Part shown: positions 24,141 through 36,417 of the stretch, one piece after another
Numbering within the stretch: position 1 is the stretch's first letter
How the letters are laid out: every line of letters starts with the position of its first letter
NCBI GenBank assembly: GCA_965649825.1
Contig: OZ287694.1
Coordinates: 867,197 to 931,196 of the forward strand
Reading direction: 5' to 3'
DNA from: Penicillus capitatus
Lineage: Eukaryota; Plantae; Chlorophyta
DNA length: 64,000 bases
Translations under genes and position numbers: made by a program
Notes under the pieces: generated by a model
What the model was told of the DNA's origin: nothing
Databases searched by the model: none
What the model saw: only the letters and a program-made list of their open reading frames with translations

Positions 24141-27100
24141 TCAGATGTCGGTAGATGTGCCCGGCCGTGCTCGAGAACTGGATCGGTCGGTACGGTGTCT
24201 GCGAATAAGGCGATGGTACAGAGAGACGAAATGCATGACGAGAAAGATTCTCAAGACACTGAGCATTCCCCATTCCTGCACATCCTCCATGCCTTCGCTT
24301 TCCAGCACTGCCTTGATGTACATCTCGGAGTATCTGAGGAGCTTGTATACGAAAAAGAAAAAGAGGCCACAGATGGACGTGGACAGTGCAATCGACAGGA
24401 GAATTCGAACGACTTCAGATGTACGATGGTCGTTGAAAAACAGGCCGCAAGCAAAAGTGAGTTGCGAAACAACTAGGGAAGACGTTTCGAGAGCGTTCAG
24501 AAAAGCAAAGTCGTTTTTGAATGGCCGGCAACAGACATGGATGTAGATTGCCAGTGAGAGCAAAGAAATGGCAAGGATGCCCTGGATGTTGACGCCCAGG
24601 GGGTACGAGAAAACAACGATGACAGCAAGGACGGATTTGCGCAGCATGACAATGGACTCCCAGAAGATGAAGCGCTGTTTGTAGGCGCGATAGAGGAATC
24701 CGGTGGCTTCGGCTGTCCACGAAGCTTCGGTTTGTTCTGTGGTGTTCTGTGTGACCAGGAAGCCTGCCAGAATGAGGGGCATGCCAAAGGAGATGAGTAT
24801 GATCACTGGCCATCCAATCGCGCCTGCGAGAACGGCGTGTGAACCTTCATAACATTTGAGGGACGTGTCCACTGCCCAGTAACGAACGGTACGATCCTTT
24901 TCGGTATCGGTCGGATCGGCCACATCGATGCAGTAAAGAGCATTGGCTGCTGTCTTGGTGATCGGAAGGTATGCCAAGTAAACCATAGCCATGCAACTTA
25001 ACAGCGCTCTTTTGGCAAAATACGAAAGGCCCCTGTTCAATCGGATGGCGAGAATGGTCCAGAGAGCGATGTAGAAGACGGTTATCCCCAGAGGCACGGC
25101 AAAGTGGATGACGGATCGCAGGACGGATCTTGGAGGATGATGATCTGTGGCGAAGAGACAGTCGACAGAGAGGACAATGCCATCGGTCGCAGCACCGCCC
25201 AAGAAATCTAGAAAGAGAGAACAGCATCGTCATCCGTGCATCACAGGCAACAGAACGCGCCTGCAGTTAAGAGGAGATTGCGCATCCAGTCCGTCCAGCT
25301 CGTGTTGATGTACACAGCGGCGGCGACAACTTGAAGAAAATTGATTGTAATCTGCAAGGCATGTATAAAGAGACCGTTGAGCTCATGCCAAGATCTCACT
25401 TTGAAGATTTCCACAACGCTTTGTTTTGCCACGACTGGATTTATCTTCGGCTCATTGTCTTCGTGGACAGCAGACGTCAGAAGATCCGGATGGACCATTT
25501 CAGGAGGCACATGTCCGCTGTGCAGCATTTCCACCATCTGGAAGTTGACGGGCACTTCTGTTGGTAGCTTTTTCGCAGATATACGTCGACGAATGCTCTT
25601 CTTGCTGGCTCGAACGACAAAACTGGTATCCATCGTCCGCGTGTGCAGGTTGCTTCTGATAGCAAAGCCAGACAGAAACAAAAGCACGATCAGAGAGAGA
25701 ATAAAGAGAGACAGCGTTCCAGCATTCTGGTAGCATTTGATGCAGTCAAACGAACGCGAACGTCCGTAGCCTCCATCGCACGATCCGCATAAGACCCCAG
25801 CATATCCCTGCATCACACATCTGTCCCATTCATTTCAGTATTGAACAGAGATCACACTTTTTTGCACTGGGCTCGGGCGTAGGCATCGGCCAGTTGCTCA
25901 TCTAGTTCACAGCTTTCCAATGTCTCCGTCGCCGTCGTCAGTTTCTTCTCTCGATCGGCGAAGTCGCATGCCTCTCTTGATATGCATTGTTTAATGTATG
26001 CTGAGCATGGTGATCGATGCCAGTACCCCCGTACGGGTTGGATGGCATTGCCAGCACAGTTTCCGTTATCAGGACAGGCAGAGCATTCCGATGCATTGAG
26101 ATCAAAATTGTATAGAGATCCGCTGCAGGATACGCAAAGCTTCCCGTCTTCCTGAACAACCTCTCCCAGTCTGCACTGTCGAACCTCAATCTCAATAATA
26201 AAGCGCTCGATACCAGGTTCACTAAAGTCGATGTAGATCTCGTAAGGACCTGGACTCTGAAGGCTTGAGATGGGCGGAAACCCCTTTAGCTTCTCATCCA
26301 GTAGCATGTTGATGGAACCAGTGAAGAAGCCGCTGGGCGATTGTATCGTGGCTGTGATGTATTGATCCTGTTGTCCCAAGGGAGGACCTTGTCCGAATCC
26401 ATCCAGTACTTCCATCTGAACAATCGGGAGTGGATCGCCGCTTCTGTGATTCGTGGCGACCAGATGGTTGCCCTTGATGGGTGCACGGTTTCCAGTGGTG
26501 CTGCCTCGTTCGGCGAATTCCAGGACGTTTGTGGCATAGGAAGCCACCGTATGACCATAACGACCGGCACGGTTTCGCGACCAGTTGGGACACACATCGT
26601 GAGCAGATGCCAAGAAGTCTAGATCCCCAATGACGTCAGCTGTGTAGGGTGCTGGCGGAATCTCTGTGCGTCTAGAAGAACAGGCGTAGCGGAGAATGTC
26701 AGGATGCTGTACAAAGATTGCGCCTCCAGCGATCTCTGCTGTGTTCTCTGAGAATGTGCTGCCTGTCACAGCAAAGAGGATACATGATGTTGTCTCCACT
26801 GAGCAGTTATGTGGGGTAAATGCTGTGGCGACATGCACAGCCCCTACAAGCCATTCACAGATGACGATCTCTCACAATATCCTCTAGACATGGTTACCTC
26901 CAAGACTTGCTGCATTACTCTCAAAACTGCCATTGTTGATCTGCAGTGCAAGGGATCGAGATGCCCCTGAGCTAAAAGAGATCGCTCCTCCTCTCACCCC
27001 AGCCACGTTATCATGGAAGACACAGTCTGAACAGAGAACCATTGATGTGCCTTTTGCCAGGATCCCTCCTCCGTCTCCAACTGCACGGCACATCTGAATG

Positions 27101-30100
27101 CGGAGATCATAGGCGGCCAGATCAGAGTCCAGCAGCCAGAGAGCACCAGCTGTGGCGGCAGAACTGTTTAACAAGGATGCATGGACAATCATCACTGAGC
27201 TGTTGGCGTTTGCTGCGATGGATCCACCATCTCTAGATGCTCTGCTGTTTTCGAACGTCACGGAAAACACCTGCACAGTGGAATTCTTCAGAAAGACAGA
27301 TCCACCGATCGACGCCATATTTCCCTCGAAGACCGTCTCGTTCACATTCCCTTCAGAGCTATCCAGAAGCAAACCGCCTCCCTCTTTTGTCGCTGTGTTG
27401 TTACGGATGATGCTATCATAGAGGGCGATTGCTGAGTTTGATTGGGCATGGATCCCTCCACCCTGCTGCGCACGACTGCTAACAATATGTGCATCTGTTA
27501 CCATGAAGACGCTCGATTCTTGGGCATGCACACATCCTCCACTGCCTTGTGCTTCGTTGTCTGAAAACGTCACCGCCTTGATCCGTGTCGTACTACCACC
27601 GAAGCTCGTTATCGCTCCACCGATCGACTGAGCCTTGTTGGAGATGGAAGTCGAGTTCTCGAGGAAGAACCTCGAACCTTTGGTGACAAAAATCCCTCCT
27701 CCATTTGTCGCACGATTCGAATGGATGTCGCAGTCAGTTGCATGGACGGTCGAGTTGAGACAGAAGATAGCACCGCCCTGTGCTGCGGTGTTGTTTTGGA
27801 TCGTGGAGTCGGAGATATTGAGTCCACTCCTTTCAGCGATTCCGATTCCGCCGCCGTCTATTGTACATTGATTATCTCTTATGATGAGCCTCTCTGCTGC
27901 GACAAACATAGTGAAAACAATATGAAACGCGCCGCCACTACTGTGGGCCTTGTTTGCTCGGAATTCTGAATCTGCGATCGACATGTTGCTGTCAAAACAA
28001 GCCAGACCGCCGCCACGGTTGTTGAGGGCGCTGTTCTCAATGAAGGTCGTGTTCTGGATGACGCTGGGAGCCTTGGCGATATTGAGTCCACCGGCGAAGA
28101 CATTGGCAATGTTCTGTGCGATGTGACAGTCTACGATCGTCGCTCTTCCATGCTGGATCGTCATTCCGCCTCCCGACGCCGACGCACGGTTTCCGGTCAA
28201 GGCGACCTGATTCAGATCAACATCTCCAAATTCGGTGCGCACTCCGGATCCTTCTTGAGCTGTGTTGTGGGATACGGTCGAAGACTGCGCCGTGAGATTT
28301 GATTCCTCCACGCCGATTCCGCCGCCTTTACTGGCGGCGCGGTTCATCGTCCAGTTCGATGCTTGTACAAGGACGCTGCTCTGTTCGAAGATCCAAGCTC
28401 CGCCTCCATTGAGCGCAGCCGAATTACCAGAGAAGGTGCATCGATTTACGATGACGTCTCGCGACGATCGGCTGTCGAGGCCGCCGCCCGCTTCGGCAGA
28501 ATTGTTATTCAGAGAGCAATTGCGGATCTCCATTCTGGGAGATGCGACCAACGAGATGCCGCCGCCTTTGCCGAGAGCCACGTTCCTATTCATCACCGAG
28601 TTCGCAATCATGCCGAGAGACATGCGATCACAGCGAATGGCGCCTCCGTTGGTCGCCGTATTGTTTTCGAATGCGGAATTCTCGATGATGAGCTCCCTGG
28701 CGGCCGACGCTGACAGACACCCACCATCCCCAGCCGTGTTGTTGCGACATTGCACTTCGGAGAATGTTGAAGGGCGGCTTTCTCGGAGGAAGACTGCGCC
28801 TCCGTTCCCGGTAGCATTGTTGCTCTCAAAGACGGAGGCGCGCAGTTCCAAACGACCGTTTGACAGATGGAGTGCTCCAGCATCCGTCTTCGCAATGTTG
28901 TGGTGGAAGGAGCAGTTGCCGATCGTCAAATTACCATCGATGGAGGCGATGGCAGCACCGCTCTCTGCGACGTTTCCCTCAAAGATGCAGCGGGAGACAC
29001 TGAGCAGCTCGGTGGCATTTGCGAGAATGGCACCGCCGGAATGGGAGACAGAATTTCTGCGAATGGAGCTGTCGGTGACAACGACGGACACGGCACGATC
29101 GAACACAAAGGGAGGATCTCTGGAACTCTTTTCGATGTCGGCGTCTGCTATGTCGACGTTGCTTTCCACAGCGCGAAGAATCGAGAGTTCATTGGACCTT
29201 GCGACCAGACCGGAGACGGCGGTCGAGGATCCAGACGGCGCCGACATCAACGCGATCGGCGAGTCGCCGTCAGACAGCCGTCTGTTTCTCCGGAGGACCG
29301 TGCCGTTCAGGACATTCTGCACGGCAAGTGCGGCAAAGCACCGATCGCCACAGGCATTGCCCAAGAAGACAACATCGACCATTTCCACAGAGGGGCACGA
29401 TGGCTGGGTGGCCGAGAGACCTTTGGATCCATTCAGCGTGTTGCGTCGGAAGGTCACGTGGTGCAACTTGATCACTCCTTGCCCATCGTCATCCGAAGCG
29501 CATTGACTAGCGATTCTGATGATGGATGCATCTGACGCTTCTAGGTCACACCCTTGGAAGACGAGGTTGGCAAGGACGACACTCGGCGACCTGCAAAAGC
29601 CATCCTTTGTACGACAGACCGAGTCGAGACGTGTGATCACCCGATCTCAAAGGCGCCGGCGTTCGACGGACAACGGATTCGAGTTTTGAAATCGGACCGA
29701 GGGAGAACGCCATCCTCCAGCTGGGCGTTCTCGATGTAGGATGTCAACGTTAGATTCCAGGGAATGAACACACGAGTGGGAAATCGTATGTCCCTTTCGA
29801 CGCGAAGAAGAACGACATCGTCCTTTGCCGTGCAGTTGACGACGGCACTGATGTCATTGGACACTCTTTCCAGCGCAGCATTGTCGATCGTCCACGTTCG
29901 GGTCGCCGCGTCCAACAACTCGGATATCTCTTGTCGCTCGAGTCGACATTCCGGGACCGTAACTGAAATGTACGGGGTCATACAGTTAGGATGGAAAACG
30001 CTGGAGAGCTACTTTGGGTTCGTGAACGTCGGCGCGTTTCTTGCAGAAGACCACGAGTGTCCTCACGCGTCTAGCAATGCATCGCATCTCACACGACAGC

Positions 30101-30460
30101 ACACATGGTGACGAAACGCAGAGTACTTGGGTGTCGTGTTCGAAATGTGCCTCCTTTGCTGACCATGGCGAAACGGGAGATCGAATGGGCCCTAGAAAAT
30201 GCTCTTGTCTTGCATTGCCGCTTGCAAGAATGATGGACGACGAAGGCGAACAAATACGGAAAGGTGTTCGCCGTATACGAAGTATCTATCGTAGGTCGGC
30301 ACACCGTCGAGAGCGGCATACCCGCAGAGCGTTTCGGCATCGATAAAACATCGCTGGTTCCTTCCATGTCCTCCAAGGCGCAATGCGCTTTGAGCAAAAG
30401 AGCGAAGACTGCGAGAATCAGCGCGAAGCGCTTCGACGAACGCCCGGCCAGGCGGTTCAT
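24141..30460 (-). CDS. Receptor-like protein copy 2 (head type II)
   Basis: Signal peptide MNRLAGRSSKRFALILAVFALLLKAHCA; beta-helix exon 26884-29640; stalk 25852-26838; TM exons 24141-25816. Same intron positions as copy 1. Ends STDI-TGA. Confidence 0.85.
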
Positions 30461-31922
30461 GACCGAACGTATTTCTCGGTTAATGCTTAACAGACGAGGC
30501 AACGTAAGTGACTTTCGAACAGAGTCTGCTGTCTTTGAAAGCATATAACGCCTCGTTGTCTCTTCGTTTCAAAACTGCAGTGCCTGCAGTCGGTATAAAT
30601 AATGCGCCGCGTGGCAGACGGCCGCTGATGAGGCATGATGAAGCTGTGATAAGTGGACCAAAGATGCGTTCAGGAGATCAGAAGATAGAAGCTGACAGGC
30701 ACCGACCCTGTACCATTGCTGCTCGAAGAAAGGCCGGAGAAGCGACGATGCATTCTGCGAAGTCGGTCAGAAGCGCGCATCCCCGTCGTCTACGGTGGCG
30801 GTTTGTTTTCACACGGAGTGGATTCGCCGCCGATGCCCAGTACAAAGCCCTCGAAGTGCATCGTCGCGCAACATGGGACGACGACGGAAAACGAGAGCGT
30901 TGAGCAACGGCGCGTTGTTGGATGCATGGTCTCCGAAGCGCCGAATCTTTTATTTCCTGAAGTCGGCTCATCAGTCCGCGTCGATTTTGTTTTGGCAGTT
31001 GCGTTCTTCCACGAATTCTTTGCGTTGAAAATGGTTGCCGGTTCCGTTTTAGGTGTGCATTGTTTTTCATCCCTCATTGCTTTTCTCAGTTGGCCCATGG
31101 GTCACATGCAGCCAGAACAAGAGCCTGACTGGCTACACAATGCAGGTGTCAAACGCATTCGCGATGATTGCTTACTGGGCAGGCTGTTTGGCATGATGCC
31201 CATTGATGTTGTGCGGGGTGGGGACGGCGAGAAGATATCCCATGAGACGGCATTCGGATCAAAGCAGCACTCTCCATTCTGGCCGATTCGGCAGCGAAAG
31301 GCATCAAATCATTCAGTGAGCTTCAAGGCGTTCGCCGAATCATTGTTTAAGATGGAAAGAATTTTGGCTCTTTTCTCTGCCCCGCTGAGGCGGAGGGATT
31401 CAATAGGGTAGCAGTGTAGTTCTATGGCCCAAAAATCGTTCCGGCATTCAGTAAGTTATTCAAGCAACGGTCTGACAAGACTAAGCGATCGAACAGTGCA
31501 TTGAGGTGGCAGTTCTGTGAGCACAGGGTGTTAGCAACGGAGTCAAGAAGCAACAGCCACTCCGTCAACGAGGTAAGCTAAGTTCCTGACCATCTCACGC
31601 CTCTAAAGACTTCACTGCTCAACAGATTAAGCTCATCATCATCATCATCATCAGTCGGCATCCCATGCGCTATTTCGATCGCGCAATCAACAGCTGGCGA
31701 TTTGTGGCAGCTGACAGACAATTTCGCGTACGACGGAAAAGGCGGCTGAATTTCAGAGTTCAGCAGAACGCGGCATGAATCTGCAATGAACAAACGCGAA
31801 GGTCTCTCGACTATTTAGCCGGCCATGCGCATCGACGCCAACGCAAAGTCCTCTTGCGAAAAAAACGAATCGAAACTCCCTGGAAACGAACGAAGGAAAA
31901 AGACCCTATCCGTTCGACTACC

Positions 31923-32702
31923 ATGGCGAGCTCTTCTTCCATTAGACTTCTCTACTGCCTCGTAAGTCTGTCGATGCCAATCGGCGAAGCTGTCTGAACA
32001 CTCTCTGTGGCAGATGGCCGTTCTCTGTTTTGCCTACGGAGCAGGTGCCGTTTCTTAAAGAGATTCCGCCTTGAAGTTTGCTCACTCGCGTGTTCTTTAG
32101 CGACGCGTCCTTTGGCCGACGATGGGGCTGCGAATTTTTCTGCGATGAGAGACGCTGCGACGGCGTTTGGAAAACCGCAAAGACACCTCTTGTTCTGGTA
32201 CTACAAAGTCGCCTGCCCTCCCCCACCCGTTAGCGCCATGCAACTTGCCGTCGCTAAAGTAGTTACTTCTGGGGCAGCATCCGGTTCGGCAACGGCACTG
32301 ACCTCCACCGGCGATGGAGGAACGTTACTGGCGATGGCTGAATGTCTTCCGCAAAAGGATGCGAGTCAAACATGCGAGGCATCGGAAGACGTGCGAAGGG
32401 CCATAAGACGACGATTCTCGTTTTGCGATCAGAAGGATGCCGCTGTCGTCGATGCTCTTCTCAAAGCGAAAGTGCCATTCAAACTCAAACCGAACGCCAT
32501 TTTTTTCGAACAGATTCCAATGGGTGTCACTATCCCTCAGCTTCCGACTGGAGTGTCTCTTGAAGACTACCGAGCAACAGAAGAAGACAAGGCCGAGTTC
32601 CGTGCGCAGAAAAGTATTCAGAAGAAAGACACTGGCGGCAGCATCCAAGTTTCTGCAACGGCATCGGCCAAAGCATCGCCGGACATGCCCCATGGCAGAT
32701 GA
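31923..32702 (+). CDS. Small secreted preproprotein B (type II)
   Basis: MASSSSIRLLYCL|MAVLCFAYGAA|TRPL with phase 0 and phase 1 introns around a 31-nt micro-exon. Contains RHLL, AECLP and C-terminal ALLKAKVPFKLKPNAIFFEQIPMGVTIPQLPTG. Confidence 0.8.
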
Positions 32703-34432
32703 GGAGCAAGCATTTTCCAAGTTCTCGTTTAGTGTCCATGATGACTTCTATTTCGCATTTTGAGTTGTGCGTCTAAAGAATTCGACCCGTTCAGCTCCAG
32801 CAGGAGCTGGTCGAGAATTCTCTCTTTTTTGTATCTCAAGTTGCACCTAATGGCGATTGTATGGATGAACGTCTTGTCATCGAACAATCTAGTAATCACT
32901 TCCGCTATGTTGAAACAATCTCTGGTTCACCAGATGGACGTTTCGCGACGGCGTCGTCCCTATCTCCCAGAACATAGGCCTCCTTCGACCGTATAGTACG
33001 AAATCTCGGTCCAAACGCTGGTATAGAAGCGTATCGGCCAGGGTGACTTTATGAATGTCGACTGAACCATATGTGCTTTAAGCCGTTTCATCTCTGCCGG
33101 TCTACAGATTCAATGGCAGAGAGAGTCACTTGCCGTTCCTCTTTGGCGGCCTTGCTCAGCTGCGATTTTTGAAAAAGGAATAGCAGGAGAGGACAGAGGT
33201 CGTCAAACTGAGGTGACAGCCTGAGTCTGAGACAAAGGAGGCAGGGATGAAGAGGTCGATGTCCGAGAGAAGGACAAGGGAGTAGCGACCGGAGTGGGAA
33301 GAGTTGTCACGGGAGATGACTGAACACGAGAACAGGCTCTTGTCTTTGCAGAAAGCGACGGGGACATCCGATCGAACGACGCAGAAAAGTGTGTGATCGT
33401 AATCACAATCGCAGACGCAGTGGTGATCAAAGAAGCCTTCTAGATCCAGAGGACAATACACGCATCGAGAGTTCCATCACCTGAACCAGAGTTCACTGCT
33501 TTGTGCACCACCTACACTCTTGCGTTGTTCTCCTTGTAGTACGATTCCGACGATAACTCTCGCCGCAACGCTGTCGCTCAACATAATCGCTTAACAAACG
33601 TGCCGAGTTGAAAATCAATTACCAATGATGCGTCTGAACAGCTGTCACTCACATCAAAGACAACAACATGTTTAACACACAAGAGCAACATCTCACATCA
33701 CGCTGTCACAGTCAAGAAACAGGAGAGGGTGTTCTTTGGATCCCCTGTGTCACCCAATTGTCTGAACCTCGATTCGGAAGCAGGAACGAGATACAGAGTA
33801 TGTTGCAATCTTCGAGTTGCACAACGCCAGCGGTTTGATCTCCTCTGAGATCACTCAGCAGTTCGCTAGAGGAGCGATTGGGCGCAGAGGGAGTGATAAG
33901 GAAGAAGTAGTGCTCCGCCTCCTCGATGTCTGGATTTTCGGCCATATGGACACGCATGCCATGGGAACTCTTGATTCGGTCATGAGTCGAGGAGGTGATG
34001 CCACAGGACAATCTGCAGTGGCATCGGCGATTTCGTATTCATCGAGAAAACCCTGTCGGTTCATGCATCGTCTGGGGGTTGCTGAGGGATGCTTGGCGGT
34101 GTCACTCCAACAGGTTTGTCAACCGGCAGCCGATCCTTGAGGCCTCGGGCGCTTCTGTAGCAATCCAGAAGAAGAGATTGCTGTCCAATGAAGCTTCTGG
34201 ATCTGCGTGTCCAGTTTCTTGGAACACGGCGAAGGCAGTGATATTGGATGTAAGATCACTGTCATCGTCTCTGGCCTGTCCAGCTCGAGGGGAGAGGATT
34301 CGTGTTTCCGACGAGCCATTTGGTCCATCGGTGCATTTTCTCTGGAACATGAATGACCCGATAGATTCATGAATGCAATTGCTCCAGGGGCTTGAGACAA
34401 GGAAGGTGAGTCCGATAGGGACGTCATTCTCT

Positions 34433-34754
34433 GGCCTGTTCGGAGCCTCCATGTGCAGGTCTGTGATGATCTGCATCAAACGGCAGACCATCAACAGACT
34501 CATGCACATGGGTAGCTATGGCCTGTTGGATATAGCTACGTGCAGGTCTGTGATGATCTGCATCAAAGGCAGATCATCGACAGACTCATGCACACGGGTG
34601 TAGCTATGTACAAGGTCTGCGATGATCTGCATCGAACGGCAGATCATCGACAGACTCATGTACAGGGATCTAGCCAAGGATGCTCTGATGGTCTTCGTGC
34701 GTCGGAAATGTCTCCTCTTCGACCGGAGATGCAAGCTGGCAGGCAGGTGATCTC
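34433..34754. repeat. Left block of palindromic ~60-70 bp tandem repeat (3 units)
   Basis: Units at ~34450, ~34540 and ~34610, each an imperfect hairpin (gtctgt-gatgatctgc...gcagatcatc-g-acagac). The block is directly repeated at 36092-36417. Confidence 0.9.
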
Positions 34755-36098
34755 CACTTCTGCGACTGCGAACAGCGGCTCGATGATCTTTGAAGCGTGC
34801 CTCTTCGTTTGGATTCTCCGGGTTCTCGATGAATGCCCGAGTGGACTGGCCATAAGACGCAAGAATCGGACCGTAGCGATGGGCATCGTTTGATTCCCAA
34901 TCGGAACACGCTTCGCGATTTGGACGGAAGGTGTCGAGTTTCTGGAGGGTCTTGTTCGAGTGCAGCTCTGGTGGGACGCTTGTCTTCTTGCTGCCACATG
35001 AGTAGCGCAAGATATTGGCATCTTGCACAAAGATGCCGCCACCTGCAACGTCGGCGCTGTTTCTCAAGAGACGGCAGCCATTTCTCAAGAGACGGCAGCC
35101 AGTTACGGCGACGAATGTGCACGAAGCATTGGTTCGGGGACAGCTTCTCGGTCCGCATCGAGTAGAGACATGGACAGCACCTGCACACGTGGGTATTCAG
35201 AATGGATGATCGCAAATGGTTTAACGCACCTCCTAGGTCAGCTCTGTTGTAATTGAATGCACATTCGTTCAGCTGCAGTGCCAGATTCTGCGGCACGTCC
35301 GATTCGAAGGCGATGCCGCCGCCATGTTCTCCAGCGACATTGTCGCTGAAGGAAGAGCTGGATGACAGGAATCTCGATGATCTGTCTGCGAAGACGCCGC
35401 CGCCTTTAACCTCAGCGTGGCAAGCGGAGATCCACAGTTCAGAAGATGTCATACTCGATCCAGAAAGTGTTATTCCGCCTCCCGTCCTCGCCGTACAGTT
35501 CTTGACGAACACATCGATCACCGCTGCTGAACTGTTCTGCGTCAAGGCCATCGACCCTCCAGATTGTGTGGCCTCGTCGTGCAAAAAGCTGGCGCTGTCC
35601 ACTTGCAGATTTGAATGCGCGAGCAACAACGAACCACCAATGGATGCTTCGTTTTTCGAGAAGCTGCTCTGACGCACGTTCACGACTGAATTCTCCGAAT
35701 GGACTCCACCTCCAGCTACAGTCGCCAGATTGTGTTGCATTTCGCTGAGACGGATCGTCACACTGCTGTTCACACGGCCAAAGATGCCAGCTCCGTATCT
35801 GGATCTACTGTTGTTAATGATCGATTCTTCGATTGTCAAGACACTCATCTGGTCTCCAAACAACGCTCCCCCTTGGTCACCCGCGGAGTTATTCTGAAAA
35901 GTGACGTCTCTTGCACTGAATGTGGAGCCATGACTGTAAATGCCTCCACCGAGGTTGCCTGCACGGTTGGATAAGACTGTGGAGTTCTCGAGCACAACGT
36001 TTGCTCTTTGGTAGCCGCTCAGTCCTGCTCCATTGCTCGCCGTGTTCGATTCAATGCTGCATCGATGCATGAGAACAGTCGAGTTGTCTTCATGTGCA
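34749..36098 (-). pseudogene. Internal ~1.35 kb fragment of a copy-1-like receptor gene (end of beta-helix to start of stalk)
   Basis: Co-linear and highly similar to 17551-18877 including the intron. Carries an extra 21-bp tandem duplication (tttctcaagagacggcagcca x2, ~35059-35100). Lacks both gene ends. Confidence 0.92.
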
Positions 36099-36417
36099 GG
36101 ACCTCGTTGCACTGCTTCGACTGGCAGAGCTTCGGAAGACTCATGCACATTGGTGTAGCTATGGCTTGTTCAGAGCCTCCATGTGCAGGTCTGTGATGAT
36201 CTGCATCAAAGGCAGATCATCGACAGACTCATGCACACGGGTGTAGCTATGTACAAGGTCTGCGATGATCTGCATCGAACGGCAGACCATCGACAGACTC
36301 ATGTACAGGCCTCTTGCCAAGGATGCTCTGATGGTCTTCGTGCGTCGTAGGCGTCGGGTCTTCGACAGGAGATGCGAGCTGGCAGGCAGGCAGGCAGGCA
36401 GGCAGGCAGGCGATCTC
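36092..36417. repeat. Right block of the palindromic tandem repeat, ending in an expanded (GGCA)n microsatellite
   Basis: One degenerate plus two clear hairpin units, then the same tail as the left block. About 7 GGCA copies at 36381-36411 versus about 2 in the left block. Confidence 0.9.

Noticed and set aside
28262-29535. Long plus-strand ORFs opposite receptor genes (also 43937-44632, 50825-51613, 55051-55824, 61432-62307) and opposite HSP90
   Set aside because: Antisense shadows of repetitive or biased coding sequence (PPP/LL-rich mirror of GG/NN codons); no independent features.
31633-31653. (TCA)7 microsatellite; also GTACGCC repeats at ~56605
   Set aside because: Ordinary short low-complexity tracts with no further pattern.
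33156-33580. Possible fifth small secreted-protein gene (apparent 31-nt phase 0/1 micro-exon, GFFDHH)
   Set aside because: The implied introns (31 and 41 nt) are shorter than any other here, and the conserved VPF..IFF..LP motif is missing.
34433-36417. CRISPR array or LTR/TRIM retroelement
   Set aside because: Palindromic units are adjacent without unique constant-length spacers, no cas genes are present and the context is eukaryotic. The direct repeats lack TG..CA ends, PBS/PPT and TSD, and the junctions show microhomology instead.
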